This document shows positions 1 to 9,816 of a stretch of 32,000 nt of DNA, piece by piece (the first letter of the stretch is position 1; every line of letters begins with the position of its first letter). The stretch spans positions 1,170,001 to 1,202,000 of the forward strand of contig NZ_CP027570.1 in NCBI RefSeq assembly GCF_003010495.1, written 5' to 3'. Below the pieces are notes generated by a model. The model saw nothing but the letters and a program-made list of their open reading frames with translations, was not told the DNA's origin and did not search any database. The translations under genes and the position numbers were made by a program. The DNA is from Megasphaera elsdenii DSM 20460 (lineage in GTDB: Bacteria > Bacillota > Negativicutes > Veillonellales > Megasphaeraceae).

Positions 1-57
1 CCTGGCTGCGATTTCGTAGGGGTCGCCCAAAGGGCGACCCGCTTGATTCTGAGGGAA
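1..57. repeat. Partial GC-rich hairpin repeat module, in reverse orientation relative to 16800..16860. It contains the stem-loop gggtcgccc-aaa-gggcgaccc.
   Basis: The reverse complement of 16808..16863 aligns base for base with 1..57 apart from a few substitutions, including a paired a/t swap in the 9-bp stem. The module is truncated by the IS at 58. Confidence 0.8.
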
Positions 58-106
58 TGGTCCTATGTCAAGATTTCGGACAAATTAAATTGAGGTTTTT
101 CGTTTC

Positions 107-1021
107 TTAGATTCCCAGACGCATATTATGTTTCTGGAAATCAGCATACAGCTTTTCATAGTCATCCGGTGACATGTAGTTGCAATGGCTATGAATGCGT
201 ACGGTGTTGTAAAAGGTATTGATGTATTCAAACACCAACAAGTACGCTTGCTGATAATTTTGAATCTTGAAGCGATTGAGCCATTCCCGTTTAATCAGGG
301 AGTGGAAGGATTCGATGCAGGCATTGTCCCATGGATAGCCTTTCTTCGAATAGCTGCGGCGCATTTGGGATGTCTCCCGAATATATGCCTGCGAAACATA
401 CTGGCAGCCACGGTCCGAATGGATAACCAACAGCTGTCCGGGTTTCCGGCATTGTTTGGCTTCCTGCAGCATCTTGACGATGCCGGCGACGTCCAGATTA
501 CGGGCCAGATTCCAGGCGATGATTTTCCTGGAGAACAAATCCATAATGCTTTCCAAATAGACGAAACCTTCAGCTGTCCAGATATAGGTGATGTCGCTGC
601 ACCATACTTGATCCGGTTCTTCAGGATTGAAGCATTCCTGAAGGATATTCACCAGCGCCACGTCAAAGTCACTGTTACGGGTCGTTACGGTGTAATGCTT
701 TACCCAGCAGGCCTGAATGCCCATTTGCCGCATGTATACGCCAACTGTGCGTTCAGAGATACTGTCCCCGTTCTGCTGCATAACTTGGGCAATCTTCGGG
801 GCTCCGTAAATCTGCTTGGAATCGTCGTAGATAGTTTGAATCTTTTTCTTCATCTCCTTGCGGTGCTGGGCCTGTTTCGATGGTTTGCGCGCCGCCCAGT
901 CATAATATCCTGAAGAAGAAACGTCGAGTTCAGAAAGCACTCCGGACACCGAAAAACGACGTTCTGCCTGATGGGCATTTTCGGCTTCTTCCTGGACACT
1001 GCGATAGATGGCAATGGTCAT
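107..1021 (-). CDS. IS3-family transposase OrfB (DDE integrase core)
   Basis: 304-aa ORF with rve-type motifs (WCSDITYI, HSDRGCQY, NACIESFHSLIKRE). Its frame is open upstream of the ATG and is -1 relative to orfA, so it is probably expressed mainly as an OrfAB fusion. Confidence 0.93.
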   Translation of the reverse strand: MTIAIYRSVQEEAENAHQAERRFSVSGVLSELDVSSSGYYDWAARKPSKQAQHRKEMKKKIQTIYDDSKQIYGAPKIAQVMQQNGDSISERTVGVYMRQMGIQACWVKHYTVTTRNSDFDVALVNILQECFNPEEPDQVWCSDITYIWTAEGFVYLESIMDLFSRKIIAWNLARNLDVAGIVKMLQEAKQCRKPGQLLVIHSDRGCQYVSQAYIRETSQMRRSYSKKGYPWDNACIESFHSLIKREWLNRFKIQNYQQAYLLVFEYINTFYNTVRIHSHCNYMSPDDYEKLYADFQKHNMRLGI

Positions 1022-1299
1022 TTGTCCAGAATGCTGATAGCTTTTTTTAGGACATTCAACGCATCCTTCGCATCCCGCAGTTCACGCTGCAGACGGGCGA
1101 TTTCCTTAGCTTCATCCGAAGCATAGTTGCCGGAACCACGATAAGGCATTTCGCCATTGTCCTTCAGCTGCTTTTGCCAACGGGACAAGGTTTGTGGAGC
1201 AATACCTAGATTCGTAGCACAGCCAACCAAGCCGAGTTCCCGATGTTCATGATAATATTTAACTGCGTTGATTTTGAATTCTTTGTTGAATTTTGCCAT
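1018..1299 (-). CDS. IS3-family transposase OrfA (helix-turn-helix DNA-binding part)
   Basis: 93-aa ORF with an HTH-like segment (LGIAPQTLSRWQKQ) and a leucine-zipper-like C-terminus. An RBS (aaggagg) lies upstream and the stop overlaps the orfB ATG (ATGA). Confidence 0.9.
   Translation of the reverse strand: MAKFNKEFKINAVKYYHEHRELGLVGCATNLGIAPQTLSRWQKQLKDNGEMPYRGSGNYASDEAKEIARLQRELRDAKDALNVLKKAISILDK
1042..1048 (-). promoter_or_regulatory. Programmed -1 ribosomal frameshift heptamer A_AAA_AAA(G) joining orfA to orfB
   Basis: The minus strand reads GTC CTA AAA AAA GCT in the orfA frame. A slip of -1 gives AAA AAA AGC TAT CAG CAT TCT GGA CAA ATG ACC, which is the orfB frame. Confidence 0.75.
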
Positions 1300-1382
1300 A
1301 CTGAGGCCTCCTTAGTTAATCCTATTGTACCACCATTAGGAACCTCAGTTTGACTTGTCCTATTTATATGCTAACACCAGAA

Positions 1383-1605
1383 TCACGGTTACAGTGACGT
1401 GGAGCACCAAAGCCTCGCCTCATAGGAGAGGTGGCCCGAAGGGCCGGAGAGGTTGACCTCTCAGTCAGCTGCGCTGACAGCTCTCCTAACAGGAGAGCCG
1501 GGCCGCCCTCTGGGACGGCCCCTACGCACGAATCACAGCCTGCGGCCTGCGAACTGCGGGCGCCATGTGAAGCAGCTGCAAGCTGCTTCACTTTATCATG
1601 ATGTA
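1383..1605. repeat. Cluster of GC-rich hairpin repeat modules (mostly reverse orientation) plus TGCGRCC-type heptads (1541..1561) and a 10-bp-stem hairpin (1567..1591)
   Basis: Modules include cctcataggagagg-tggcccgaagggcc-ggagaggttg, cctctcagtcagc-tgc-gctgacagctctcct-aac-aggagagc and gggccgccctctgggacggcccctacgcacga. They match the reverse complements of modules in 16618..17080 and 25064..25507, but in a different order. Confidence 0.8.
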
Positions 1606-1663
1606 ACGACATGGGTCCCATGTGAAATCTGTTCGATTATTTCTCAAAAACCTTGAAAAATCC

Positions 1664-1692
1664 TTGCATCATGCGGTTTTTTGTAGTAAACT
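1664..1692 (+). promoter_or_regulatory. Candidate sigma-70-type promoter of the S10 operon
   Basis: TTGCAT (1664..1669), 17-nt spacer, TAAACT (1687..1692), about 130 nt upstream of rpsJ. Sequence-pattern call only. Confidence 0.4.
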
Positions 1693-1824
1693 AAGTAAGT
1701 ACGCGACAACAGGGAAATACGCCCTGAAACGCGCTAAACTATGATATAAGATGTTGCCCGCCTTGCGGGGAAACTCTTATGGAGCAGTCTATTCAAGGAA
1801 ATAGACGTTAGGAGGAATTAAGTA

Positions 1825-2136
1825 ATGGCAAAACAGGAAAGAATTCGTATTCGCCTCAAAGCTTACGATCACAAAACGCTTGATCAGAGCGCGGCGAAAA
1901 TCGTCGACACGGCGAAACGTACCGGTGCTATGGTATCCGGACCGATTCCGCTTCCGACAGAAAAGAACATCTTCACGATTCTTCGTTCTCCCCATGTCAA
2001 CAAAGACTCTCGTGAACAGTTCGAACTCCGTACGCACAAACGCTTGATCGACATTCTCGAAGCATCCAACAAGACCGTTGATGCCTTGACAAGACTCGAT
2101 CTGCCGGCAGGCGTAGACATCGAAATCAAATTATAG
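1825..2136 (+). CDS. rpsJ: 30S ribosomal protein S10
   Basis: 103 aa with a typical S10 sequence ([13 protein letters not shown]..., [13 protein letters not shown]). RBS aggagg. First gene of the S10 operon. Confidence 0.98.
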   Translation: MAKQERIRIRLKAYDHKTLDQSAAKIVDTAKRTGAMVSGPIPLPTEKNIFTILRSPHVNKDSREQFELRTHKRLIDILEASNKTVDALTRLDLPAGVDIEIKL

Positions 2137-2150
2137 GAGGAGGTGCGATT

Positions 2151-2789
2151 ATGTCTAAAGCTATTTTGGGTAAAAAATTAGGTATGACTCAGGTCTTTAC
2201 TGAAGAAGGCGCAGTCGTCCCTGTAACCGTCGTCGAAGCTTCCCCGAACGTAGTTGTACGTGTCAAGACCGTTGATACGGACGGATACAACTCCATTCAG
2301 CTCGGCTATGGTGAAATCAAAGAAAAACATCTGACAAAACCCGTTAAGGGTCAATTCGACAAAGCAGGCGTTGCTCCTGTTAAGTATCTTCGCGAATTCC
2401 GTTTGACAGATACGCCGGAATATACGGTAGGCCAAACTCTGGCAGCTGATATTTTCGCAAGCGGCGATCTCGTCGACGTAATTGGCACCAGCAAGGGTAA
2501 AGGTTTTGCAGGTACCATCAAACGTCACGGTTTCCACCGCGGACCGATGGGTCACGGCTCCAAATCTCATCGTGAACCCGGTTCTCTCGGACCTATGACC
2601 AGTGGTGGCGGCGGTAAAGTCGTCAAAGGTAAAAAACTTCCTGGACAAATGGGTGGCAATCAGGCAACCGTTCTTCATCTCTCCATCGTCAAAGTCGACA
2701 TGGACAAGAACCTGATCCTGGTTAAAGGTGGTATCCCGGGCGCCAAAGGCAGCCTCGTCATGATTCGCGATACTGTAAAACCCCGCTAA
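2151..2789 (+). CDS. rplC: 50S ribosomal protein L3
   Basis: 212 aa starting [16 protein letters not shown], with conserved operon position. Confidence 0.98.
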   Translation: MSKAILGKKLGMTQVFTEEGAVVPVTVVEASPNVVVRVKTVDTDGYNSIQLGYGEIKEKHLTKPVKGQFDKAGVAPVKYLREFRLTDTPEYTVGQTLAADIFASGDLVDVIGTSKGKGFAGTIKRHGFHRGPMGHGSKSHREPGSLGPMTSGGGGKVVKGKKLPGQMGGNQATVLHLSIVKVDMDKNLILVKGGIPGAKGSLVMIRDTVKPR

Positions 2790-2819
2790 TAGTTGTCTAA
2801 GGAAGGAGGATAAAATATA

Positions 2820-3443
2820 ATGCCAAAAGTAAGCACGTATAATATTACCGGCGCACAGACCGGTGAAATCGAATTGAACGATAGCGTATTTGGCGTTGAA
2901 GTGAACGAAGCCGTTATGCGTCAGGCCGTTCTCCGTCAGCTCGCCAACCAGCGCTTGGGCACACATTCCACCAAAACTCGCGGCCTCGTTCGCGGTGGTG
3001 GCAGAAAGCCTTGGAAACAAAAAGGAACCGGCCGGGCCCGTGTAGGCAGCAGCCGCAGCCCGTTGTGGGTTGGTGGCGGCACCATCTGGGGTCCCCATCC
3101 GCGCTCTTACGCACAGAAAATGCCGCGTAAAGCTCGTCGCCTCGCCGTTAAATCCGCTTTGAGCGATAAAGTCAATACAAACGAATTGTTCGTCCTCGAC
3201 GAAATCAATCTCGCAGCTCCGAAGACGAAAGAAGTCGTCGCACTCATCAACAACTTCAAATTCGCTGGTGAAAAAGTCCTTTTCATCACCGACAACGATG
3301 AAGTCGTAGAACGCTGCGCACGCAACATCAAAGGCGTTAAAGCCATTTCCACTACTGGCGTCAACATCTTTGACCTGCTCCACTACACGAAATTGTTCGT
3401 TACGAAGAGCGCTGTAGCTAAGATTGAGGAGGTGCTCGCATAA
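2820..3443 (+). CDS. rplD: 50S ribosomal protein L4
   Basis: 207 aa with the [12 protein letters not shown] motif and conserved position. Confidence 0.98.
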   Translation: MPKVSTYNITGAQTGEIELNDSVFGVEVNEAVMRQAVLRQLANQRLGTHSTKTRGLVRGGGRKPWKQKGTGRARVGSSRSPLWVGGGTIWGPHPRSYAQKMPRKARRLAVKSALSDKVNTNELFVLDEINLAAPKTKEVVALINNFKFAGEKVLFITDNDEVVERCARNIKGVKAISTTGVNIFDLLHYTKLFVTKSAVAKIEEVLA

Positions 3444-3727
3444 TGAACATGCATGATCTCTTGCTGAAACCGGTCATCACTGAAAAAACAACGATGATGA
3501 TGTCTGATGGCAAATACACATTCAAAGTACCGCTCCGTGCTAATAAAGTTGAAATCCGTAAAGCTGTTGAAGCCGTCTTCGGCGTCAAAGTTAAAAGCGT
3601 AGCAACACTTCGCACGATGGGCAAATTCAAGCGCATGGGCAAGTACATCGGCAAGCGCCCGGATTACAAGAAAGCCATCGTAACCCTTCAGGAAGGCGAA
3701 ACCATCGAATTCTTCGAAGGAGCTTAA
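3443..3727 (+). CDS. rplW: 50S ribosomal protein L23
   Basis: 94 aa containing LLKPVITEK. The start overlaps the rplD stop (ATAATG). Confidence 0.97.
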   Translation: MNMHDLLLKPVITEKTTMMMSDGKYTFKVPLRANKVEIRKAVEAVFGVKVKSVATLRTMGKFKRMGKYIGKRPDYKKAIVTLQEGETIEFFEGA

Positions 3728-3757
3728 GGAATTAACGAATAAGGAGGAGGCACTACA

Positions 3758-4585
3758 ATGGCCATTAAATCATTTAAACCGTACTCCGCTAGCCGCCGTT
3801 TCATGACTGTTTCGACATTCGAAGAAATCACGGCGTCTAAACCGGAAAAATCCTTATTGGCTAAAGTAACCAATAAGGGCGGTCGTAATAACAGCGGCCG
3901 TATGACTGTCCGCCATCAGGGCGGTGGTCACAAACGCCGTTACCGTTTGATCGACTTCAAACGTATTAAAGATAACATCCCGGCAAAAGTTGCGACGATC
4001 GAATACGATCCGAACCGCTCTGCTAACATCGCTCTTCTGTTCTACGCAGATGGCGAAAAGAAATACATCATCGCTCCGAACGGCCTGAAAGTCGGCGACG
4101 TTCTCTACAGCGGTCCTGAATCGGATATCAAGATCGGCAACGCATTGCCGCTCCAGAACATCCCCCTCGGTACGCTCGTACACAACGTCGAACTGAAAAT
4201 CGGCAAAGGCGGCCAGATGGTCCGCTCCGCTGGTGAATCGGCTCAGCTCATGGCTAAAGAAGGCAACTATGCACTGCTCCGCCTTCCGTCGGGCGAACTT
4301 CGTCAGGTACACGTACGCTGCCGCGCTACGATCGGCGTAGTCAGCAACACGGACTATGAAAACATCACCATCGGTAAAGCCGGCCGTTCCCGCTGGAAAG
4401 GCATCCGTCCGGGCAACCGTGGTGTCGTCATGAACCCGTGCGATCATCCGCATGGCGGCGGCGAAGGTAAAGCTCCTGTTGGTCGTAAACGTCCGGTTAC
4501 TCCTTGGGGTAAACCTGCTTATGGCGTTAAGACTCGCGACGCTAAGAAAGCTTCCAATAAATTCATTGTGAAGAGACGTAAATAA
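3758..4585 (+). CDS. rplB: 50S ribosomal protein L2
   Basis: 275 aa with motifs GGGHKRRYR and DHPHGGGEG. Confidence 0.99.
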   Translation: MAIKSFKPYSASRRFMTVSTFEEITASKPEKSLLAKVTNKGGRNNSGRMTVRHQGGGHKRRYRLIDFKRIKDNIPAKVATIEYDPNRSANIALLFYADGEKKYIIAPNGLKVGDVLYSGPESDIKIGNALPLQNIPLGTLVHNVELKIGKGGQMVRSAGESAQLMAKEGNYALLRLPSGELRQVHVRCRATIGVVSNTDYENITIGKAGRSRWKGIRPGNRGVVMNPCDHPHGGGEGKAPVGRKRPVTPWGKPAYGVKTRDAKKASNKFIVKRRK

Positions 4586-4609
4586 GTGTTGAGGAAAGGA
4601 GATAACTAA

Positions 4610-4885
4610 GTGTCCAGATCCATTAAAAAGGGCCCATTCGTAGCACACCATCTCTTGAAGAAAATCGACGCTATGAACGAAGCCAACGAAAAGAAAGTAA
4701 TCAAAACCTGGTCCCGTGCATCGATGATCCTGCCGAGCTTCGTCGGCCACACCATCGCTGTACACGACGGCCGTAAACATGTACCTGTCTATATCACGGA
4801 AGATATGGTAGGTCATAAATTAGGCGAATTTGCACCGACTCGTACATTCAAGGGTCATGCTAAAGCCGAAAAAGTAACTAAATAA
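4610..4885 (+). CDS. rpsS: 30S ribosomal protein S19
   Basis: 91 aa with a GTG start after RBS aaaggag. Begins SRSIKKGPF. Confidence 0.98.
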   Translation: MSRSIKKGPFVAHHLLKKIDAMNEANEKKVIKTWSRASMILPSFVGHTIAVHDGRKHVPVYITEDMVGHKLGEFAPTRTFKGHAKAEKVTK

Positions 4886-4898
4886 GGGGGTAACTTAA

Positions 4899-5234
4899 AT
4901 GGCAGTAAAAGCTGTTACGAAACACATTCGCATTGCTCCCCGTAAAATTCGGATTGTTGCTGACTTGGTTCGGGGCAAAAACGTCGGCGAAGCTTTCGCT
5001 ATCTTGAAATTCACTCCGAAAGTGGGTTCCCGTGTAGTTGAAAAAACTTTGCGCAGTGCCGTTGCTAATGCGGAACATAACAATGATATGGACGTTGCAA
5101 AATTGTTCATTTCTGAAATCTTTGTTGACCAGGATTCCACGATGAAACGTATTCATCCGCGCAGCCGTGGACAGGCCTTCAAAATTCTCAAACATTCCAG
5201 TCATCTGACGGTTGTTGTTGACGAAAAAGCATAA
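4899..5234 (+). CDS. rplV: 50S ribosomal protein L22
   Basis: 111 aa with a typical L22 sequence ([18 protein letters not shown]). Confidence 0.98.
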   Translation: MAVKAVTKHIRIAPRKIRIVADLVRGKNVGEAFAILKFTPKVGSRVVEKTLRSAVANAEHNNDMDVAKLFISEIFVDQDSTMKRIHPRSRGQAFKILKHSSHLTVVVDEKA

Positions 5235-5247
5235 GGAGGGAAATGGA

Positions 5248-5916
5248 GTGGGTCAGAAAGTTAATGCCCATGGATTCCGCGTCGGCGTTTCCAAACCTTG
5301 GGACGCAAAATGGTATGCAGAAAAAGATTACGCTGCACTTTTGAACGAAGACGTTAAGATCCGTGAATTCTTAAAGAAACAGTTATACATCGCAGGTGTT
5401 TCCCGTATCGAAATCGAACGCTCTGCAAAACGTATCAAATTGATTATCCATACCGCAAAACCGGGCATGGTCATCGGCCGTGGCGGTGCAGGTATTGAAG
5501 ATATTAAAAAAGCGTTGAAAGCCTTCACCACTAAGACTGTCGACGTAAACATCGCAGAAATCAAACAGGCCGAAATGGATGCAACTCTCGTTGCTGAAAA
5601 CGTTGCCGGCCAGCTCGAACGCCGTATCGGCTTCCGCCGCGCTATGAAACAGTGCGTTGGCCGTACCATGCGTATGGGCGCTAAAGGTATCAAGATCATG
5701 TGCTCCGGCCGTCTCGGCGGTGCTGAAATCGCTCGCAGCGAAAGCCTTCGCGACGGTTCCATCCCCCTGCATACGCTCCGTGCTGACATCGACTATGGCT
5801 TTGCAGAAGCTCATACGACCTATGGCTGCATCGGCGTCAAATGCTGGATCTACAAAGGTGAAATCCTCCCGGAAGCTAAGAAAGCTCCGAAGAAACGCGA
5901 AGGGAGTGAAGCATAA
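5248..5916 (+). CDS. rpsC: 30S ribosomal protein S3
   Basis: The ORF track starts at 5212. However, the GTG at 5248 follows RBS aaggaggg (5233..5240), gives the canonical [13 protein letters not shown]-terminus and avoids overlap with rplV. Confidence 0.95.
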   Translation: MGQKVNAHGFRVGVSKPWDAKWYAEKDYAALLNEDVKIREFLKKQLYIAGVSRIEIERSAKRIKLIIHTAKPGMVIGRGGAGIEDIKKALKAFTTKTVDVNIAEIKQAEMDATLVAENVAGQLERRIGFRRAMKQCVGRTMRMGAKGIKIMCSGRLGGAEIARSESLRDGSIPLHTLRADIDYGFAEAHTTYGCIGVKCWIYKGEILPEAKKAPKKREGSEA

Positions 5917-6341
5917 TGTTAATTCCAAAACGTGTTAAATATCGTAAACAGTTCCGTGGCCGCATGAAAGGCCAGGCACATCGCGGTAATAAAGTAGCTC
6001 ATGGTGATTTCGGCCTCGTCGCTCTCGAACCGTCGTGGATCACGAACCGCCAGATCGAAGCTGCCCGTATTGCTATGACCCGTTATATCAAACGTGGTGG
6101 TAAAGTTTGGATCAAAATCTTCCCGGATAAACCGATCACGGCTAAACCGGCTGGTACTCGTATGGGTTCCGGTAAAGGCGCTCCTGAATACTGGGTTGCC
6201 GTTGCTAAACCGGGCCGCGTACTCTTTGAAATGGGCGGCGTAAGCGAAGAAGTTGCTCGTGAAGCAATGCGTCTTGCTGGCCATAAGCTGCCGATTAAAA
6301 CGAAGTTTGTTGTTAAAGGTCAGGAATTAGGTGGTGAATAA
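5916..6341 (+). CDS. rplP: 50S ribosomal protein L16
   Basis: 141 aa starting [19 protein letters not shown]. Confidence 0.98.
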   Translation: MLIPKRVKYRKQFRGRMKGQAHRGNKVAHGDFGLVALEPSWITNRQIEAARIAMTRYIKRGGKVWIKIFPDKPITAKPAGTRMGSGKGAPEYWVAVAKPGRVLFEMGGVSEEVAREAMRLAGHKLPIKTKFVVKGQELGGE

Positions 6342-6342
6342 A

Positions 6343-6543
6343 ATGAAGGTTAAAGAAATCCGTGCGCTGAGCGCTGCCGAAATGGATGAAAAAGTGGTTA
6401 GCCTGAAAGAAGAATTGTTTAACCTCCGTTTTCAACATGCGACCGGCCAATTAGAAAATCCAATGCGTATCCGCGAAGTCAAGAAGACAATCGCTCGCAT
6501 CAAAACGGTACAGCGTGAAGCAGAACTGAAAGCGCAGGCGTAA
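6343..6543 (+). CDS. rpmC: 50S ribosomal protein L29
   Basis: [10 protein letters not shown]... I prefer the internal ATG at 6343 to the track start at 6331, which overlaps the rplP end. Confidence 0.93.
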   Translation: MKVKEIRALSAAEMDEKVVSLKEELFNLRFQHATGQLENPMRIREVKKTIARIKTVQREAELKAQA

Positions 6544-6586
6544 GAAGCGTCCATAATTGGAATCTAAAAGGAGGTCACAAGCACAG

Positions 6587-6841
6587 ATGGAAAGAAATGA
6601 ACGGAAAATCCGCGTAGGTAAAGTTGTCAGCGATAAAATGGACAAAACCGTTGTCGTTGCTGTAGAATATAAGACACAGCACAAGCTGTACAAAAAACCG
6701 ATTATCTCGACGGTAAAATTCAAAGCCCACGATGAAAACAACGAATGCCATGTTGGCGACGTAGTCCGCATCGAAGAAACTCGTCCGCTGTCCAAACAGA
6801 AACACTGGAGAGTAGTGACAATCGTAGAAAAAGCTAAATAA
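6587..6841 (+). CDS. rpsQ: 30S ribosomal protein S17
   Basis: [21 protein letters not shown]... The ATG at 6587 lies 13 nt after RBS aaaggagg. The track start at 6557 is probably too far upstream. Confidence 0.94.
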   Translation: MERNERKIRVGKVVSDKMDKTVVVAVEYKTQHKLYKKPIISTVKFKAHDENNECHVGDVVRIEETRPLSKQKHWRVVTIVEKAK

Positions 6842-6866
6842 GCTTCATTAATTAGGAGGTTAAGCC

Positions 6867-7235
6867 ATGATTCAGCAAGAAACTGTGTTGAATGTTGCCG
6901 ATAACACTGGCGCCAAGAAAATCTTGTGCATCCAGGTCATGGGTGGCTCGTATCGTAAATATGGCAACATTGGTGATATCATTACCGCATCTGTTAAAGA
7001 TGCATCACCCGGTGGCGTTGTCAAGAAAGGCGACGTAGTCAAAGCTGTTATCGTTCGTTCCAAGAAAGGTTTGCGCCGTGCAGACGGTTCTTACATCCGC
7101 TTCGACGAAAACGCAGCTGTCGTAATCAATAATGATAAAAGCCCGAAAGGTACTCGTATTTTTGGGCCCGTTGCCAGAGAACTGCGTGAAAAAGATTTCA
7201 TGAAGATCATCTCCCTGGCTCCGGAAGTATTATAA
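6867..7235 (+). CDS. rplN: 50S ribosomal protein L14
   Basis: 122 aa starting [17 protein letters not shown]. Confidence 0.99.
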   Translation: MIQQETVLNVADNTGAKKILCIQVMGGSYRKYGNIGDIITASVKDASPGGVVKKGDVVKAVIVRSKKGLRRADGSYIRFDENAAVVINNDKSPKGTRIFGPVARELREKDFMKIISLAPEVL

Positions 7236-7251
7236 GGAGGAGGTGTTCTCA

Positions 7252-7569
7252 ATGGGTAAAATGCACGTTAAAACAGGCGATACGGTCATCGTCATCGCTG
7301 GTAAAGAAAAAGGCAAAAAAGGCAAGGTCATCGCAACGTATCCGAAAAAAGACCGTGTCGTAGTTGAAGGCCTTAACCTGGTTAAGCGCCACACGAAACC
7401 GAGTCAGAACAATCCTCAAGGCGGCATTATCACTAAGGAAGCAGCAATCCACGTTTCCAACGTAATGCTCGTAGATCCTGAAAGCGGCAAACCGACCCGT
7501 GTCAAAATGGTCCAGCAGGCCGATGGCACCAAAGTCCGTACAGCCGTAAAGAGCGGTAAAGCTATCTAA
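7252..7569 (+). CDS. rplX: 50S ribosomal protein L24
   Basis: KOW-containing L24 sequence ([22 protein letters not shown]). The ATG at 7252 lies about 9 nt after RBS aaggaggagg. The start could also be 7261. Confidence 0.94.
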   Translation: MGKMHVKTGDTVIVIAGKEKGKKGKVIATYPKKDRVVVEGLNLVKRHTKPSQNNPQGGIITKEAAIHVSNVMLVDPESGKPTRVKMVQQADGTKVRTAVKSGKAI

Positions 7570-7590
7570 TAAGAAGGGAGGCCCTTGAGA

Positions 7591-8130
7591 GTGTCCAGAT
7601 TAAAAGACAAATACCTTTCCGAAGTCGTAAAAGGCTTGCAGGAAAAATACAATTATAAAAACGTAATGCAGATTCCGAAGGTTACCAAAGTTGTTATCAA
7701 CATGGCCGTTGGCGAAGCTGTTACCAACTCCAAAGCCTTGGACGCTGCTGTCAATGATATGACCATCATTTCCGGTCAGAAACCGATCATCACGAAAGCT
7801 AAGAAATCCATCGCAGCTTTCAAAATCCGTGAAGGCATGAACCTCGGCTGCAAAGTTACCCTGCGCGGCGAACGGATGTATGAATTCCTCGACAAACTGA
7901 TGAACTTGACACTGCCCCGCGTCCGTGACTTCCACGGCGTCAGTGCCACCGGTTTCGACGGCCGCGGCAACTATACCCTCGGCCTGAAAGAACAGCTTAT
8001 CTTCCCGGAAATCGAATACGATAAGGTTGATAAAGCTCGCGGCATGGACATCACCATCGTTACCACAGCTACGACCGACGAAGAAGGCCGTGACATGCTG
8101 AAAATGATGGGCATGCCTTTTGAAAAGTAA
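7591..8130 (+). CDS. rplE: 50S ribosomal protein L5
   Basis: The GTG at 7591 gives the canonical (M)SRLKDKY N-terminus, about 9 nt after RBS gaagggagg. The track start (TTG 7585) is two codons upstream. Confidence 0.95.
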   Translation: MSRLKDKYLSEVVKGLQEKYNYKNVMQIPKVTKVVINMAVGEAVTNSKALDAAVNDMTIISGQKPIITKAKKSIAAFKIREGMNLGCKVTLRGERMYEFLDKLMNLTLPRVRDFHGVSATGFDGRGNYTLGLKEQLIFPEIEYDKVDKARGMDITIVTTATTDEEGRDMLKMMGMPFEK

Positions 8131-8148
8131 TAGAGGAGGATAACATAC

Positions 8149-8418
8149 ATGGCAAAGAAATCGATGCTCGAACGTGAAAAGAAACGTGAAAAAATGGTTG
8201 CCAAATACGCTAAGCTCCGCGCTGAACTCAAAGCAAAAGGCGACTATGAAGCACTTTCTCAGCTGCCGGCTAACGCATCTCCGGTCCGTCTGCACAACCG
8301 TTGCAAAGTAACCGGCCGTCCTCACGGTTATATGCGTAAATTCGGCATCTGCCGCATCACATTCCGTGAACTGGCTTACAAAGGTCAGATCCCTGGCGTT
8401 AAAAAAGCCAGCTGGTAA
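8149..8418 (+). CDS. rpsN: 30S ribosomal protein S14 (long, 89-aa form)
   Basis: [17 protein letters not shown]...KKASW. It lacks the paired CxxC motifs of the short zinc-ribbon S14 type. Confidence 0.96.
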   Translation: MAKKSMLEREKKREKMVAKYAKLRAELKAKGDYEALSQLPANASPVRLHNRCKVTGRPHGYMRKFGICRITFRELAYKGQIPGVKKASW

Positions 8419-8449
8419 CACGTATTCCATGGAGGGAGGTTTTTAGATT

Positions 8450-8842
8450 ATGGCAATGACCGATCCGATTGCGGATATGCTCACAAGAATCCGTAATGCT
8501 AACTCGGCATATCACGAAAAAGTAGAAATCCCTGCTTCGAAGATGAAAGCTGCAGTGCTCGACATCCTCAAAGAAGAAGGTTTCGTCAAAAACTACGAAT
8601 CCGTAAACGAAGGCAAAACGCTGAAAGTTACGTTGAAATATGGTTCTAATAAAGAAAAAGTAATTACCGGCATCAAGAGAATTTCCAAACCGGGCCTGCG
8701 CGTATACGCTGGCAAAGAAGAACTCCCGCGCGTTCTCGGTGGTTTGGGGATCGCAGTAATTTCCACGTCCCAGGGCGTCATGAGCGACAAAAAAGCTCGT
8801 AAACTCGGCTTGGGCGGCGAAGTTATCGCTTACGTCTGGTAA
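8450..8842 (+). CDS. rpsH: 30S ribosomal protein S8
   Basis: 130 aa starting [17 protein letters not shown]. Confidence 0.98.
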   Translation: MAMTDPIADMLTRIRNANSAYHEKVEIPASKMKAAVLDILKEEGFVKNYESVNEGKTLKVTLKYGSNKEKVITGIKRISKPGLRVYAGKEELPRVLGGLGIAVISTSQGVMSDKKARKLGLGGEVIAYVW

Positions 8843-8862
8843 ATCGTTTTGGAGGTGTCAAT

Positions 8863-9405
8863 ATGTCCCGAGTAGGTAGAATGCCTATTGATATCCCGGC
8901 AGGCGTAAATGTAAACCTCGATGGCCACGTAATTACCGTTAAAGGCCCGAAAGGCGAACTCACACGTACGCTCCACCAGGATATGAAAATCACAGTGGCT
9001 GACAACGTCATCACTGTAGAACGTCCGTCTGACGATAAAAATCACCGTGCACTGCACGGCCTCACCCGTGCCCTTATTGCCAACATGGTAAAAGGTGTTT
9101 CGGAAGGCTTCAAAAAAGAACTGGAAATCGTTGGCGTTGGTTACAGAGCACAGATGAAAGGTAAGAAACTTGCCTTGACTCTTGGCTTCTCCCATCCCCT
9201 CGAACTCGATGCTCCGGCTGGTGTCACCATCGAATGCCCGAGCGCTACGCAGATCACCATTTCCGGTGCTGATAACGAAGTTGTCGGCGAATTTGCTGCT
9301 AAAGTCCGCGGCTACCGCCTGCCTGAACCGTACAAGGGCAAAGGTATCCGTTATGTTGGCGAACATGTCCGTCGTAAAGCCGGTAAAGCTGGTACGAAGA
9401 AATAA
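8863..9405 (+). CDS. rplF: 50S ribosomal protein L6
   Basis: 180 aa starting [15 protein letters not shown]. Confidence 0.98.
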   Translation: MSRVGRMPIDIPAGVNVNLDGHVITVKGPKGELTRTLHQDMKITVADNVITVERPSDDKNHRALHGLTRALIANMVKGVSEGFKKELEIVGVGYRAQMKGKKLALTLGFSHPLELDAPAGVTIECPSATQITISGADNEVVGEFAAKVRGYRLPEPYKGKGIRYVGEHVRRKAGKAGTKK

Positions 9406-9435
9406 TTAACCTTTAATTAGAAAGGAGTGAATTCC

Positions 9436-9798
9436 TTGAAGAAGAGTAAAAACACAATCCGTTTGAAACGGCATTGGCGTTTACGCAAGAACATCAACGG
9501 CACGGCAGAACGTCCGCGTCTCAACGTTTTCCGCAGCCTTAACAATATCTACGCTCAGGTCATCGATGACCAGAACGGCGTAACTTTGGTTTCCGCAAGC
9601 TCTTTGGACAAAGAAATCAAAGGTCAGAACGTCAGCGGCGGCAACGCCGAAGGCGCAAAATTAGTCGGTGCTTTAGTTGCAAAACGGGCTATCGAAAAAG
9701 GTATCACGACGGTTGTCTTCGACCGTGGCGGTTACATTTATCACGGCCGTGTTGCAGCTCTCGCTGAAGCAGCTCGTGAAGCTGGCTTGAAATTCTAA
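9436..9798 (+). CDS. rplR: 50S ribosomal protein L18
   Basis: L18 sequence ([12 protein letters not shown]...PRLNVFRS). The TTG at 9436 is about 8 nt after RBS aaaggag. The track start (GTG 9427) overlaps the RBS, so the exact start is uncertain. Confidence 0.92.
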   Translation: MKKSKNTIRLKRHWRLRKNINGTAERPRLNVFRSLNNIYAQVIDDQNGVTLVSASSLDKEIKGQNVSGGNAEGAKLVGALVAKRAIEKGITTVVFDRGGYIYHGRVAALAEAAREAGLKF

Positions 9799-9816
9799 TC
9801 AAGGAGGAAATAACAC

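Larger units (their letters stand above)
58..1379 (-). mobile_element. IS3-family insertion sequence, copy 1 (1,322 bp)
   Basis: Boundaries are defined by where identity with the second copy (offset 17,023) starts and stops. Ends are TG...CA with imperfect ~40-bp inverted repeats (TGGT..GGACAA..TGAGGTT). It is flanked by a 3-bp direct repeat GAA (55..57 and 1380..1382). It has an orfA/orfB arrangement with a -1 frameshift site. Confidence 0.93.

Noticed and set aside
185-913. 242-aa plus-strand ORF inside each IS copy (also 17208..17936)
   Set aside because: It is antisense to the well-supported DDE transposase orfB and has no recognisable motifs. It is a shadow ORF.
1567-1591. 10-bp-stem hairpin gtgaagcagc-tgcaa-gctgcttcac as a terminator insulating the S10 promoter from the IS
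   Set aside because: Only a 3-T run follows it and there is no upstream plus-strand gene to terminate. It may simply be another repeat-family hairpin, so it is retained only as part of the repeat feature.
2178-3383. Long antisense ORFs inside the ribosomal operon: 401 aa at 2178..3383, 320 aa at 3854..4816, 276 aa at 7600..8430, 178 aa at 8830..9366, 211 aa at 11137..11772, and many shorter ones
   Set aside because: They lie entirely opposite highly conserved ribosomal, secY or other genes, have low-complexity unfamiliar sequences and lack RBS context. They are the usual shadow ORFs produced by codon bias on the opposite strand.
5212-5247. N-terminal extensions implied by the ORF-track starts (5212, 6331, 6557, 7243, 7585, 9427, 13931, 19616, 22764, 26981)
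   Set aside because: Downstream in-frame starts have proper RBS spacing, give canonical N-termini or signal peptides, and remove overlaps with upstream genes or repeat sequence.
8149-8418. Long, non-zinc-ribbon form of S14 in the spc operon as a possible paralogue-switch signal
   Set aside because: A single window cannot show whether a second S14 gene exists, and the long form at this position is common.
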